DNA of 55,167 nucleotides. Origin: Thermoproteota archaeon. Its GTDB lineage: Archaea > Asgardarchaeota > Jordiarchaeia > Jordiarchaeales > Freyrarchaeaceae. The stretch is from contig JAPDJY010000050.1 in assembly GCA_029258835.1 (NCBI GenBank), positions 1-55,167 of the forward strand, read 5' to 3'. Position 1 is the stretch's first letter; each line of letters opens with the position of its first letter. The notes under the pieces were generated by a model, which did no database searches, had not been told where the DNA came from, and saw only the letters and a program-made list of their open reading frames with translations. Below, piece by piece: positions 44,937 to 55,167 of this stretch. A program made the position numbers and the translations under genes.

Positions 44937-47375
44937 CTAGAACTGGCCGACATCCTCAACTTGGTGGACCCGTGACCACCCACCTTCCTTGGTAACAACG
45001 TACACCGTGTCGGCCGCGTCTTCAAGCTCCCTATCATGGCTCACTATTATGAGCTGAGGAACCACCCTTGCCTCCTCTCTGAAGGCCTTCTTCAGTATCT
45101 CAATTAGTTCCCTCCTCCTCTCCTCGTCTAGGAAGACCGTTGGCTCATCCATTATCATCGTTTCAACTTTACTCCCGGCTATAACCTTCGCTATGGCCAT
45201 CCTGAGAGCTATCGCGAGCGCCACCCTCTCCCCTCCACTTATAGCGCTCACGCTCTGGCTTCCAGACGGGCCTATAACCGTAAGCTCGTAGTCCTCGTCG
45301 AGTCTAACGTCAGAGTACTCGAGGTTGAACTTATTAAGGTACTCTCTCGTGTACCTTTCTATAGCCGGCCTGGCACGAGACCTTATAAGTTTCTGGACGC
45401 CATCCTTCCCGTAAGCGTCCCTGATTTTCCCAAGCAGCTTAACGAATGCTTCAATCCTTTCAACCTCCTTCTCCTTCTCCTCCAACTCTGTAAGCCTCGC
45501 CTTGGCGTCCTCAACCCTCTGCTTCAACTGCTTTTCCTCACCCTCTAGGGAGGCAACTCGCTGCTTCACATCATCCAGCTTAACCCTAACTTCATCCAGC
45601 CTCTCCTTCACCCGCCTATACCTCTCCTCATCATACCCCAACTCGAGAATTTCCTCTCTTAACCTTGAAGCCTCGCTTTCAGCCTCCCTTAACCTATCCA
45701 GAGCCCTCCTGCACTCCTCTCCAAGCCTCTCCTTGTCTCCGAGTCTCTCCAACTCCATTTCAGCCAGCCTGTAATCATCATAATCACCCTTAAGCCCCTC
45801 AGCCTCCTCCCTAACCCTCCTTAACTCCTCCTCTATCCTAGAAAACTTCTCGGCTTTACCTCTCTCCCCCTCAAGCTCCTCCCTAACCCTCCTCATCTCT
45901 TTCCTCTTCTCATCTAAATTCTCCTTAAGATTTCTAACCACTTCAACGTTTACACGCTCAACGCTCTCCCTCCTTTCCTCTTCCTCCCTGATCCTCGCAT
46001 CAACCTCCTCAGCATACCTTCTGGCCTCCTCCTCCTCGCCTCTAAGCCTTCTCTCTTCTCCAATAAGCCTCTCTATCAGCCGCACTTTATGCTCCTCCGT
46101 TAACTTCCTCCCACACAGAGGACACGTAGCCCCAGCTCCTCTAAGCTTCTCAACCTTCTCCTTCACATCTCTAATCCTGCCGGCTACCTCCCCAATCCTA
46201 CCGTTCACCTCCCTCTGCTTAACCTTCAACGCCTCGATGGCCTCCCGGATCTCCTTCATTTTCTCCTCCTTTACACTTGAAATACTATCCGCGTCCACCT
46301 CCACGCCCAACGTCTCCGAGTACTCACGTATTTTCCCGTCGAGCTCCCTCTCCAGCTCCTCCACCTCACCTTTCAACTCCACCATCCTCTGCATTAACAT
46401 TTCAACGGTTCTCCTCGCTCCCTCATACTGCCTCTTCTCCTCCTCAAGCCTCCTCCCCTCCTCCTCAAGGATACAATACCTCTCATACGCACCCCTCTTC
46501 TCCTCAAGCCCTTTTTCCAACTCCTCAAGCCTTTTTAACCTATTCTCCGCCTCCTCCGCTTCCCTCCTTAAAACCTTCAAATCGGCTTCCACGTTGTTAA
46601 GCCTCAATGCAAGCTCGTCATACCTTTTTTTAACGCTCTCCAGCTCCTTAGCCTCCTCCTCAGCGAGTTTAACCTCTCCCTCCACCTCCCTTCTCTCCTC
46701 CTCCGCCCTCGCAATTTTCTCCCTAATCTTCCGCAGCTCCTCCTCCCTGCTCCTCAGCTCCCTTTCAACATGCTCCTTCTCCTTCACTTCTCCTCTAAGA
46801 GTATCCCTCCTGCTCTCATACTCCCTAACTATCTCCCCCATTAACTCCCATGCTCGCTCAAAGTCGTCGATCCCGAGCAGCTTAGATATAAGCCTCTTCC
46901 TCTCAGCAGGCTTTTCAACCACAAGCCTCTCGATCTCACCCTGCCGCACGTAAATAGAGCTCTCAAACATTTCCTTTTCAACATCCAAGGTCTTCTCGAT
47001 TTCAGGCACTATCGTCTTCTCGCCAGCCTCCTTGGTGAGAGGCCTCTCCCTGCCATCCACCACCTCGTAGATCACCCCTTTAGCCTCGCTTCCCCCCTTC
47101 TTTTTCCTCCTAACCTCCCACCTGACAACGTAATCCTTCCCTCTCTCCGGCACCGAGAATCGGAGGCTAACCCTAGCATGCCTCGCCATCCTATTAATCA
47201 GGTTTTCATCCTTCCCCCTAGAGTGGGTCTTGAACAATGCGAAGCTTATCCCGTCGAATATGCTGGTCTTCCCGGCTCCGTTAGGGCCAACTATCACCGT
47301 GACGCCGAGGTCAAAGCTCAGCCTCGTGCTTTTATGGGAGACGAAGTTTTCCAGCTCAACCTCCTTAATGATCAC
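44937..47375 (-). CDS. rad50: DNA double-strand break repair ATPase Rad50
   Basis: LENFVSH, GPNGAGKT, RQGE, coiled coils, CPLCG Zn hook, ISGGE, MDEPT, VSHD; GTG 47375. Confidence 0.95.
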   Translation of the reverse strand: MIIKEVELENFVSHKSTRLSFDLGVTVIVGPNGAGKTSIFDGISFALFKTHSRGKDENLINRMARHARVSLRFSVPERGKDYVVRWEVRRKKKGGSEAKGVIYEVVDGRERPLTKEAGEKTIVPEIEKTLDVEKEMFESSIYVRQGEIERLVVEKPAERKRLISKLLGIDDFERAWELMGEIVREYESRRDTLRGEVKEKEHVERELRSREEELRKIREKIARAEEERREVEGEVKLAEEEAKELESVKKRYDELALRLNNVEADLKVLRREAEEAENRLKRLEELEKGLEEKRGAYERYCILEEEGRRLEEEKRQYEGARRTVEMLMQRMVELKGEVEELERELDGKIREYSETLGVEVDADSISSVKEEKMKEIREAIEALKVKQREVNGRIGEVAGRIRDVKEKVEKLRGAGATCPLCGRKLTEEHKVRLIERLIGEERRLRGEEEEARRYAEEVDARIREEEERRESVERVNVEVVRNLKENLDEKRKEMRRVREELEGERGKAEKFSRIEEELRRVREEAEGLKGDYDDYRLAEMELERLGDKERLGEECRRALDRLREAESEASRLREEILELGYDEERYRRVKERLDEVRVKLDDVKQRVASLEGEEKQLKQRVEDAKARLTELEEKEKEVERIEAFVKLLGKIRDAYGKDGVQKLIRSRARPAIERYTREYLNKFNLEYSDVRLDEDYELTVIGPSGSQSVSAISGGERVALAIALRMAIAKVIAGSKVETMIMDEPTVFLDEERRRELIEILKKAFREEARVVPQLIIVSHDRELEDAADTVYVVTKEGGWSRVHQVEDVGQF

Positions 47376-48519
47376 CGTAACCCGCCTCGAAGAACTCTTT
47401 AACCAGCCTCCTCGCCTCCTCCATTCTCCCCCTTCCACCCCGAAGGATCCTGAAAAGCTCCCATGCAAGCTCGGCGACATCCCCGCCTAAGATCTCCTCT
47501 AAAAGCTCCCTGTGGGAGAGGGCCTTTACGCTGGAAGCCGTCAACTCCTGTCCTGCCTCCTCCTCGAATTCAGGCCTCCATAGGAGTACTTTCCCGGAGA
47601 AAGCCCCCTCCAAAACTTTTAACGCCCCCCTTCTATCAATGTTTGAACCCTTAACTTTAACGTGAACCACGGGTTTCACGCCGCCTTCGAGTCCGGCGAC
47701 CACTCTCCCGACCTCCTCCTCCAGCCTTTCATAGTTGACCTCCACCTCAAGCTGAGGCCTAACATTTAAGTTTACCTCTTGAACGTCTGGAACATCCCCG
47801 CTGAGATCAACAAGGTAGAAACCCTTCCCGTTCCTTTTCCAGTCGCTTATCTCGTCTCTTCTCGTTATCTCGGTGGACCCCGCGTAAGCTAAGACTCCCT
47901 CTCCCAGCCTCATTTTCCGCCTGCTATGCAGGTGCCCTAAAGCGTAGTAGTTAGCCCCCTCAGGGATCTCACCGATGGAAAGCTGGAAGTCGTAGCCCAG
48001 GTAGACGTCTATAGCCTGATGCATGACCACGATGCTCCTCCAGTAATTTCTCCCCTCGTTAACCACCATGCGAAGCTCGTCCAGCAGCAGATTCCTGTGC
48101 CTCCTCGACATGTTCATGATTCCCCCCACATAAACCTCCCTTCCACCCGCTTTAACCACGCACCCCCTCCTCACCCCTCCATCCCTCCCTCTGACGCCTA
48201 GAAGCGTTAACTCGTTTTCGAACAGGGTGTGGGGTGGCATACCCCTTCTCTTAGGAAGATCATGGTCTCCTAGAACCGCGTAGACCTTAACGCCTTTCTC
48301 CTTCAGCCTCGCCAGCTGCCTCTTAGCGTTGTAAAGCGCCTTCACGGGAGGCCTAAACGAGTCGAAGAAATCTCCTGAATGCACCATCACGTCAACGTGG
48401 TCCTCAATAACCCTGTCAACAACCTCCTCAAAAGCCCTGTTAAAATCCTCCTCTCTCTCATCAAGATTGTACTGTTTGTATCCGAGGTGGGTGTCGGAAA
48501 CATGGGCTAAGAGCACCAT
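47365..48519 (-). CDS. mre11: Mre11 nuclease
   Basis: SDTHLG, SGDFFD, GDHD, HQ, ALGHLH. Confidence 0.95.
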   Translation of the reverse strand: MVLLAHVSDTHLGYKQYNLDEREEDFNRAFEEVVDRVIEDHVDVMVHSGDFFDSFRPPVKALYNAKRQLARLKEKGVKVYAVLGDHDLPKRRGMPPHTLFENELTLLGVRGRDGGVRRGCVVKAGGREVYVGGIMNMSRRHRNLLLDELRMVVNEGRNYWRSIVVMHQAIDVYLGYDFQLSIGEIPEGANYYALGHLHSRRKMRLGEGVLAYAGSTEITRRDEISDWKRNGKGFYLVDLSGDVPDVQEVNLNVRPQLEVEVNYERLEEEVGRVVAGLEGGVKPVVHVKVKGSNIDRRGALKVLEGAFSGKVLLWRPEFEEEAGQELTASSVKALSHRELLEEILGGDVAELAWELFRILRGGRGRMEEARRLVKEFFEAGYGDH

Positions 48520-48551
48520 GATATCACTCCTCCACCACCCATACCGTCTCG

Positions 48552-50060
48552 TCATAGTTCCAGCAGCTCGTCCACCTCCCTCCTCTCCTCCTCAACTCCT
48601 CTGCCACCCTCCCTCCACGCTGAAACCACGTCGATATCGGAGCCAACAAGCTTCCCTCTATACTGATCCACCTTCACCAAGGCTGGAACCCTCACCATCA
48701 TCCCCAATACCACCGCCTCCCCGGTGTTGAGGGATGGAAGCTGGCGGAGCAAGTCGTCGCTAAGCGACTCACTAGCCGCTTGAACATGCCTCTGGTCTGA
48801 CGGCTCAACGAGCTTTAAAATTATCATGTTGTTAACCTGAGAAAGGGCGTTGGCGCTTAACGCCTTAGGCCTCTGGCTGACGAGGCAGAGGCCAACCCCA
48901 AACTTCCGCCCCTCCCGCGCTATCCTGCCAATCCAGTAGCTTGAAAGCGTATCCTCAGCCGTCGGCGCCAGTATGTGCGCCTCCTCTATCACGGTTAGGA
49001 CGGGGTGTCTGAATCCTCCTCTCCCATCTTCAACCACGAACCTCTTCCTCTCCTCAAGCAGCCTCCTGAGGGCGTGGCTCACCACGACATCCGCGCAGTC
49101 CTCGTCGACCTGACCTAGGTCTATAACGTTAGCGCATCCAAGCCTACACCTACCGACGATCCCACCTACACCTGGCCTTATAATCCTCGAATACTTCTCC
49201 TCGAAGCCTTCAACCTTGTTTAAAACAGCGGCTACGTCGCTCCTCCTCTCTCTCCTCCCCTCCTCTCCTCCTTCAGACTGCTCCTCCAAGCTCTCCTTAA
49301 GGTACTCGAGGAACCTGGACGGGTCCCCTCCGCCTCTAACCTTCTCCACAGCGTTTCTGTATGCGGCTCTGAAGATCCTCTCCTGCACGTGGTAGTCAGG
49401 CCTTATGTTTGCCAGCTGCATTAGCTCCCACACGCTGAGCGTGTAGGGGTCAAGTATCGGCGTCACCGGGTTCACACGCCCTCCTCCCAGGTCCGAGTCG
49501 AGGTACTCCGAGTGCATGTCAAATATTACAACGGTTCCCCCCATCCTGATAATCCCATCTGATATGACCGCCACCGTGTTGGACTTTCCTGCACCCGTGA
49601 CGGCTAGGATTGCCAAGTGGCGTGAAACCATGCGGTTGACGTCCACGCATACGGGAACGTCGCCGTGTGAGATCAGCGTCCCTATCCTCAGCGACGCGTA
49701 ATCCCTCTCCCCAAAAACCCTCCTGAGCGTCTCCCTGTCAGCTATCTTAACCTCCATCCCAGGGGAGGGTGGGACACGTGGAATCCGCAGCTCGTCCACG
49801 TCTCCAAGGATGCTGATGATCCCCTTAACGTACACGTCCTTTCCCTTCTCCAGCCTTCTTATCCTCTCAACCACCTGCGGGTCGTGTATGTCCTCGCTGA
49901 GGGAGACGCTGCCGCTCACCAGCGCCTGAACCATGCCCAGAACAGTTTTCCCATCGTACTCCATGGTCACGTACTGCCCCAGCCTCGGAGGCTCCACGGA
50001 TATGAAAAACCCCCGCGTTGGGGTTGCCTCCCCTATGATGTACCCTATCACCCTACTCAA
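48552..50060 (-). CDS. herA: HerA bipolar helicase/ATPase
   Basis: HAS barrel, RHLAILAVTGAGKSN, DMHSEY, EEAH, REGRKFG, SQRP. Confidence 0.95.
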   Translation of the reverse strand: MSRVIGYIIGEATPTRGFFISVEPPRLGQYVTMEYDGKTVLGMVQALVSGSVSLSEDIHDPQVVERIRRLEKGKDVYVKGIISILGDVDELRIPRVPPSPGMEVKIADRETLRRVFGERDYASLRIGTLISHGDVPVCVDVNRMVSRHLAILAVTGAGKSNTVAVISDGIIRMGGTVVIFDMHSEYLDSDLGGGRVNPVTPILDPYTLSVWELMQLANIRPDYHVQERIFRAAYRNAVEKVRGGGDPSRFLEYLKESLEEQSEGGEEGRRERRSDVAAVLNKVEGFEEKYSRIIRPGVGGIVGRCRLGCANVIDLGQVDEDCADVVVSHALRRLLEERKRFVVEDGRGGFRHPVLTVIEEAHILAPTAEDTLSSYWIGRIAREGRKFGVGLCLVSQRPKALSANALSQVNNMIILKLVEPSDQRHVQAASESLSDDLLRQLPSLNTGEAVVLGMMVRVPALVKVDQYRGKLVGSDIDVVSAWREGGRGVEEERREVDELLEL

Positions 50061-51117
50061 GGAACTCCCTCCCTCTCTCAGCCTCGTAGAACCCTACAAT
50101 CCTGAAGACCCTCTCGATTTCATCATCGGAAACCTTAACGTCCATATGCGCCTTCCTGAGGGGGTAAGGGTACCCTAAAACAGAGTAAGTGGACGCCTGC
50201 ACTAAGACCTCCTCCACCACCCTGCCTTCAACACACCCCGGAACCTCAAACCTCAAGACGGGCCCCCTATCTTCCAGTCTGGCGTAGAAAACAGTCACGG
50301 TTAACCCTCTGAAGAAGTCGTCGAAGACCGGAAACCTCCACTTAGCCTTGCGGCTAATCTCCAAGTGGAGGGGCTTGGAGTAGCCGGAGCGCCCGGTGAA
50401 CTCGTTGAAAATTGAAATATCAGACTTGAAGGACTTAAAGTAGTCACATCCCCTAGACGTCTTGGAAACGAAAACCAAACGATCCCCGTAGTCCTCAAGC
50501 AGCCTCCTGTAAACTAGGAGCTTTTCGGCGCTCTCAAGGAAGCTGGCTGCAGCCCCTCCCATCTCACCGTAAGCACAAACAACCTCTTCAAGCATCCTCT
50601 TCGAGAAAACAGCCTCATCCAGCATCCTATCCCACGAGTTAACCACCCTCTCAGCGTGCCTTTCAAACCCTCGCTCCCTTAAAGACGCATACCCTCTGAA
50701 GGGAGGCCTGATTAAAACCCCGATAAGGGATCCATCCATGAAAACCCTATCCACCCTCCTGTCCCGGAGTGCCATGTAGGCAGCTTTCCCCTCCAGTATC
50801 TCACTATACGAAGCTATCCTGTCCTCAACATGCCTGTGAGGGTACAGCACGTCCACATCAACCATCCTCACAGACTCTCCTTCCTCTCCATCCGTGAAGA
50901 CGACAGCCTCAGCGTCCACAACGTAAAGGACGAAATCCCTGCACTCAACCCAGTTCCTCCCCCCATCCACTCCAGCCACGCTCCCATTAAAGCCTCCACT
51001 GAACCCCGCGTTAACCCATGTTTCCTCCACGCTCCCAGAATCCAGCTCCACCCTTGAAGCCCTCTCCTTCAAGTACGACACGTTTCTAAGCGCAAGCTCG
51101 TAGGCCTCCCCCAGCAA
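50053..51117 (-). CDS. nurA: NurA 5'-3' nuclease
   Basis: AGVDGG, MDGSL, SKTS, GYPYPLRKAH; start 51117 or 51141. Confidence 0.9.
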   Translation of the reverse strand: MLGEAYELALRNVSYLKERASRVELDSGSVEETWVNAGFSGGFNGSVAGVDGGRNWVECRDFVLYVVDAEAVVFTDGEEGESVRMVDVDVLYPHRHVEDRIASYSEILEGKAAYMALRDRRVDRVFMDGSLIGVLIRPPFRGYASLRERGFERHAERVVNSWDRMLDEAVFSKRMLEEVVCAYGEMGGAAASFLESAEKLLVYRRLLEDYGDRLVFVSKTSRGCDYFKSFKSDISIFNEFTGRSGYSKPLHLEISRKAKWRFPVFDDFFRGLTVTVFYARLEDRGPVLRFEVPGCVEGRVVEEVLVQASTYSVLGYPYPLRKAHMDVKVSDDEIERVFRIVGFYEAERGREFLE

Positions 51118-51310
51118 CCAAACCACCAAAAACCTAAACAAAGACGAGAGTATATGAAGTTACCGCACAAGCCTCCACCCCCGCAATAATCCTTCATTAG
51201 GCATCCTTCCACATTCATCTTCACCAAGGGGGAACCCTAATAAGCATCCTTTCCCTCCCTATATTCTGGTGTTACCGATGGGATCCAAATACCTGAAGAC
51301 GGTCAAGCCC

Positions 51311-51351
51311 AAGCGGAGAATAGGTTACCTTAAGAGGAAGCGGAGAATAGG
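51311..51351 (+). repeat. 14-bp direct repeat AAGCGGAGAATAGG x2
   Basis: Copies at 51311-51324 and 51338-51351. Confidence 0.7.
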
Positions 51352-51368
51352 CGTGGTTGTGAGGGTAG

Positions 51369-51785
51369 ATGGCAGTCAGAGTGAAGCTCAAGGTAAATAG
51401 CGGAATCACGGAGAAAACCCTTACCGCGCTTGTGAACACGGGCTTCGAGTCAGAGACACCAGACCTCCTCCTGCCGGTCACCATAGCCGAGGAATTAGGC
51501 ATTTGGCCTCCAACCTCCAGCATAATGCTGGACGAATACAGCACGGTTTCAGGATCCATATCCCTTGCAACACTACCCAAAGCAGTCAGGGTTCAAGCAG
51601 TCTCCGGCGATAAAGCATCCAGGGAGGTCACCTGCAACGTTGTGGTATCGCCACAGGAAAGCGAGGTGCTAATCAGCGACATGCTGGCAGAAGAACTTGG
51701 AATAGTCATCTTAAAGGCTGGAAGGGGCTACTGGCGCTTCATAGACGACCCGCAAAACGTCGTCAGAACCAGTGAACCACCCTAA
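51369..51785 (+). CDS. Clan AA aspartic-protease-like small protein (NTG in place of DTG)
   Basis: VRVKL..ALVNTGFE, LP..AEELG, EVLISD..LGI. Confidence 0.7.
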   Translation: MAVRVKLKVNSGITEKTLTALVNTGFESETPDLLLPVTIAEELGIWPPTSSIMLDEYSTVSGSISLATLPKAVRVQAVSGDKASREVTCNVVVSPQESEVLISDMLAEELGIVILKAGRGYWRFIDDPQNVVRTSEPP

Positions 51786-51828
51786 AAATAGGTAAGCGAA
51801 GTAAAATTGGAAGAGCAGCGTCACATGC

Positions 51829-53565
51829 CTACTCCTCTACTTCTGGGGGTGTGCAGCCCTCCAGCCAGACCATAGCTAAGGTTGCCAAGTCGGGTGGCGT
51901 TAAATGCACTTCCTGCGAGACCACCACGTCTAGGAGGGCTGGCTGCGCCGCCTCCTCAGCCCTCTCCAACGCCGGAGCTATATCCTCAGGGTTCTCCACC
52001 CTCTCACCATACCAGCCCATCCCCTGCGCCACCCTGTCATACCTTACATCGCTGAAGTCAACCCCTATGTACCTTCCGCCGAAGGAGAGCTTCTGAGCTC
52101 CCTTTATCATACCCCAAGCCCCATCATTCACCACTATGACTGTTATCTTCAAGTTAAGCCTGCTTGCTGTTTCGAGCTCTTGGAGAGTTGTTCCGAAGGC
52201 TCCGTCACCCGTGATCAGGTAAACCTGCTTGTCCGGGGCTGCAAGCTTCGCCCCTATAGCATATGGCAACCCTACACCTAAGTGCCCTGAGTCGGCAGCC
52301 CAGATGAAGCATCTAGGCTCGTATATGCGGTGCATGTAGTACGCCCACACAGCCGTGTTGCCTCCGTCTATGCACGCTATGGCATCCCTCGGATAGTACT
52401 CCCTCACCTCCTTCATCAGCCTGAGCGGGTGGACGGGTTTCTCGTCGCTTTCAGCCTGCTTGGCAAAGTTTGCTATCCACTCGTCCTGAGCCCTCCTATA
52501 CTCCTTCATCTTACTATGTGGCTCCCTCTTCTCCACCTTCTTCTTCACTTCGTCTAGGAGGGCGGAGAGAGTGGACTTTGCATCCCCCACTATAGCTAGG
52601 TCCACAGGCCTGTTTAAAGCTATCATCGTTGGGTCAACGTCTATCTGAATCGTCTTCTGCTTGTCAGGGTCTCCCCAAACCGGCGGTCGCCCCCAGAAGT
52701 CGACGTCTCCGACTCTACTGCCAACTATCAAAACAACGTCGGCTTCGCTCTGAGCCATCAAAGTGCCGGGAGTGTTTGGGATGAGGCAGAGGGGATGATC
52801 CTCAGGGATAACCCCCCTCGCGCCAAGCGTGGTGACGGCGGGCGCCCCAAGGTACTCGGCGAGGGCTACGACTTCCCCCCAAGCACCCGACCTAAGCACT
52901 CCTCCACCGGGATGAATCAGAGGCATCTCGGCCTTGACAAGCATTTCAGCAGCCTTCTCCACCAGCTCCGGGTCCCCGACGGGGGGCTTAGTAGCCCTAT
53001 ACCTCTGAGGCGGGTAAACCCTAACGCTACCCTCCTCTTTCCCCTCAAACATCACGTCTGCGGGAAGGTCAAGGTGCACCGGCCCCGGCCTCCCAGACGT
53101 AGCAACCCTGAAGGCGTGGTGGACGAGCTCAGGGATCCTCTCCCAGTGCGAAACCACAGCGTTCCACTTAGTTATAGGCTTGAAAAGGTGGTACTGGTCT
53201 AGGGCTTGCATGGAGCCATGGTCAGGGTAGCTTCGCCAAGTCTGATTCTGCCCTGTTAAAACGATCATTGGCACGCCGTCAGCCCACGCAGGATAAACTC
53301 CCGGAACGAGGTTAGCGCCTCCGGGGCCGATCGTCCCAATGCACACCCCCGGCTCACCGGTAACTCTTGCCCAAGCATCAGCCATGTTCGCGGCAGCCTG
53401 CTCATGTCTACAGTTAACGAAGGCGAGCCCGTGCCTCTCACCGACCCTCTTTATGGCGTCTAGGATCGTTAAAAGCTGCGCTCCGGGAACACCGAAGACG
53501 TACTTCACACCCTCCTCAATTAAACACCTAACTAAGAGCTCCCCACCAGAAATCTTCTTAGCCAA
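51829..53565 (-). CDS. Thiamine-diphosphate-dependent enzyme (acetolactate synthase large-subunit-like)
   Basis: FGVPG, RHEQAA, GPG, GRPGPVHLDLP, GDGAFG..VND ThDP motif. Confidence 0.9.
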   Translation of the reverse strand: MAKKISGGELLVRCLIEEGVKYVFGVPGAQLLTILDAIKRVGERHGLAFVNCRHEQAAANMADAWARVTGEPGVCIGTIGPGGANLVPGVYPAWADGVPMIVLTGQNQTWRSYPDHGSMQALDQYHLFKPITKWNAVVSHWERIPELVHHAFRVATSGRPGPVHLDLPADVMFEGKEEGSVRVYPPQRYRATKPPVGDPELVEKAAEMLVKAEMPLIHPGGGVLRSGAWGEVVALAEYLGAPAVTTLGARGVIPEDHPLCLIPNTPGTLMAQSEADVVLIVGSRVGDVDFWGRPPVWGDPDKQKTIQIDVDPTMIALNRPVDLAIVGDAKSTLSALLDEVKKKVEKREPHSKMKEYRRAQDEWIANFAKQAESDEKPVHPLRLMKEVREYYPRDAIACIDGGNTAVWAYYMHRIYEPRCFIWAADSGHLGVGLPYAIGAKLAAPDKQVYLITGDGAFGTTLQELETASRLNLKITVIVVNDGAWGMIKGAQKLSFGGRYIGVDFSDVRYDRVAQGMGWYGERVENPEDIAPALERAEEAAQPALLDVVVSQEVHLTPPDLATLAMVWLEGCTPPEVEE

Positions 53566-53777
53566 CCAACCACCCTCCAACCTATTTAACACTTCTCTTA
53601 CCCCTTTTAGACTTAAATAGGTTTTCTATTTACCATCCCTCAGTGGTATGGGCTTCCTCACTCTCTCCGGGCCGTAGACCTGACCACAGACCGTGAAGCG
53701 CCGCACTTCCAGCATGCCACGAACCAAATGTACCTTCCCCTACGGTCTTCCCGTCTTACACCCACCCTCTGCTTTAG

Positions 53778-55167
53778 CTAGAATGGCATCGTGTAGCCAT
53801 AGTACGCTGCCAGCGTGGTTATCCAGCTCGGCAGCCCCAGCTCTCCGGCGCTGACGCCTGCCATGTTCATGAACCCTGTGAGAACCATCAGGAAAAGCTC
53901 GGGGCTCATAGCAGTCCAACCCAAAATGCTAGTTAAGCCATAGAGTAGCCCCGTCCCCATAATAAACGATACCAAGCATAGTGGTCCACCGATCTTGAAG
54001 AAGTTCTTCCATGAGATTGGTGCTCCGTCTCTTTCTAGTATCGATATTGCTAGGAGGTTTGGTATGCCTCCTATCGGGGTTAGGCTAGCCCCAGCGTTAG
54101 CCCCATAAATGAGGGACCATATCACAACCTTGTCCAGAACCATGGCGTTAACCGAAAGGGGGGTTAGAACGTAAAGGAGAGCCGTAGTCACCGAAACATT
54201 ATCCATAACACCCGAAAGAACCCCGGAAACAGTTATCGTCAGGAAAATAGTCGCTAAGGGATTTCCAACAGTTAGGCTTCCGAGGCTTTTACCTATCGTT
54301 TCTAGGACGCCTGTGCTGTGAACCCCGCCAACAATGATGAAAATGCTTACAAGGAAGACCACCAGCCCCCAGTCAACCTCTAAAAGCGTTCTCTCCGGGT
54401 CTGCCCCGCTTAGGAGGAGGAAGGCGAAAGCCGAGACCAGGGCGACCATGTATAGGGGGATGTTAAGCGTGCCGGCGACAACGAAGCCTATCGTGGTCAG
54501 GACGAGCAGCACGGCCATCCTATTGAACAACGCCCTGTTCTCTATAAGCGTCGACTCGTCAAGTGATAGCAGCCTAGCCCTTATCGTAGCAAACTCCTGA
54601 CCCTCGGGTACAGTGAACTCCTCCTTAAACGCCTTCTGAACAATCACCATTGACATTGCTGAGTATGCTGCTGCGAATGGGGCTCCTAGGGCTATGAAGT
54701 GGACATACGAGAGGAAGTAGCCGGGGTTGAGGTTGAAGTGAGCCGAAACCAAAATGTTAACAAAACTACCAACAATGGTTGAAGCGCTCGCAGCGTTTAT
54801 CACGAACACCTCCCCTAGGACGTAGGGGCGCGGATCCACCCCCAAAGCCCTAGTCAAAGTCAAAGTCAAAGCACTAATGATGATAAACGTCGGGTTGTTC
54901 CCTATTATTGCTGTTAGGACGAAGCTCATCAGGCAGAGGTAAGCGAAGAGCTTCTTAGGGTCTCCCCCACTCATCTTAACAACCTTAACACATACGTACT
55001 CGAACAATCCAGACCTAGACGCGACGGTAGCTATTATCACGAGGGAGATTATTATGATTATTGTTGGCCAGTCTATCATTTCTGTGAATACTTGCTGGTC
55101 TGTGAATAGGAGTGGTTTTCCACACGCTGGAACCCCCTGCATCCACGATATTACGCAGTCCGCCACC
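53778..55167 (-). CDS. ArsB/NhaD (SLC13/P-protein-like) permease, 5' truncated
   Basis: IDWPTI, SGLFEY, VDWGLVVF, MDNV, GANAGASLTPIGGIPN; many TM segments; frame open to the window edge. Confidence 0.85.
   Translation of the reverse strand, partial: VADCVISWMQGVPACGKPLLFTDQQVFTEMIDWPTIIIIISLVIIATVASRSGLFEYVCVKVVKMSGGDPKKLFAYLCLMSFVLTAIIGNNPTFIIISALTLTLTRALGVDPRPYVLGEVFVINAASASTIVGSFVNILVSAHFNLNPGYFLSYVHFIALGAPFAAAYSAMSMVIVQKAFKEEFTVPEGQEFATIRARLLSLDESTLIENRALFNRMAVLLVLTTIGFVVAGTLNIPLYMVALVSAFAFLLLSGADPERTLLEVDWGLVVFLVSIFIIVGGVHSTGVLETIGKSLGSLTVGNPLATIFLTITVSGVLSGVMDNVSVTTALLYVLTPLSVNAMVLDKVVIWSLIYGANAGASLTPIGGIPNLLAISILERDGAPISWKNFFKIGGPLCLVSFIMGTGLLYGLTSILGWTAMSPELFLMVLTGFMNMAGVSAGELGLPSWITTLAAYYGYTMPF

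Noticed and set aside
46237-46953. 238-aa Ser-rich ORF and the many other antisense ORFs
   Set aside because: Shadows of Glu/Arg-rich genes on the opposite strand, with no motifs or RBS
48255-48275. Mre11 GDHD instead of GNHD as an inactivating change
   Set aside because: I recall GDHD in crenarchaeal Mre11 proteins, and the other motifs are intact

Overview
55-kb archaeal chromosomal segment with no rRNA, tRNA, CRISPR array or intact IS recognised. BRE/TATA promoters, GGAGG/GGTG RBSs and a nurA-herA-mre11-rad50 operon indicate an archaeon. Stand-alone V4R proteins and a decayed multi-TM + longin-like gene suggest an Asgard lineage, probably thermophilic (inference). Main contents: (1) an 8-gene NifB/NifX - Fe-S MinD ATPase - CDF - Mrp - DUF134 metal-cofactor operon with a palindromic operator; (2) a B12 acyl-CoA mutase operon with isobutyryl-CoA-mutase signature residues and an in-frame fusion of the MeaB G-protein chaperone to a CobA/BtuR-type adenosyltransferase, which apparently needs a non-canonical start codon (best novelty candidate); (3) three trehalose-synthesis genes, including two TreT paralogs sharing 100%-identical blocks; (4) two archaeal ATPases, each with repeat boxes at its promoter; (5) oxidative-stress, acyl-CoA and DNA-repair genes, an MNT-HEPN pair and three pseudogenes. 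Products were assigned by motif recognition only; no database searches were run. Several starts were moved from the supplied ORF track to RBS-supported codons.
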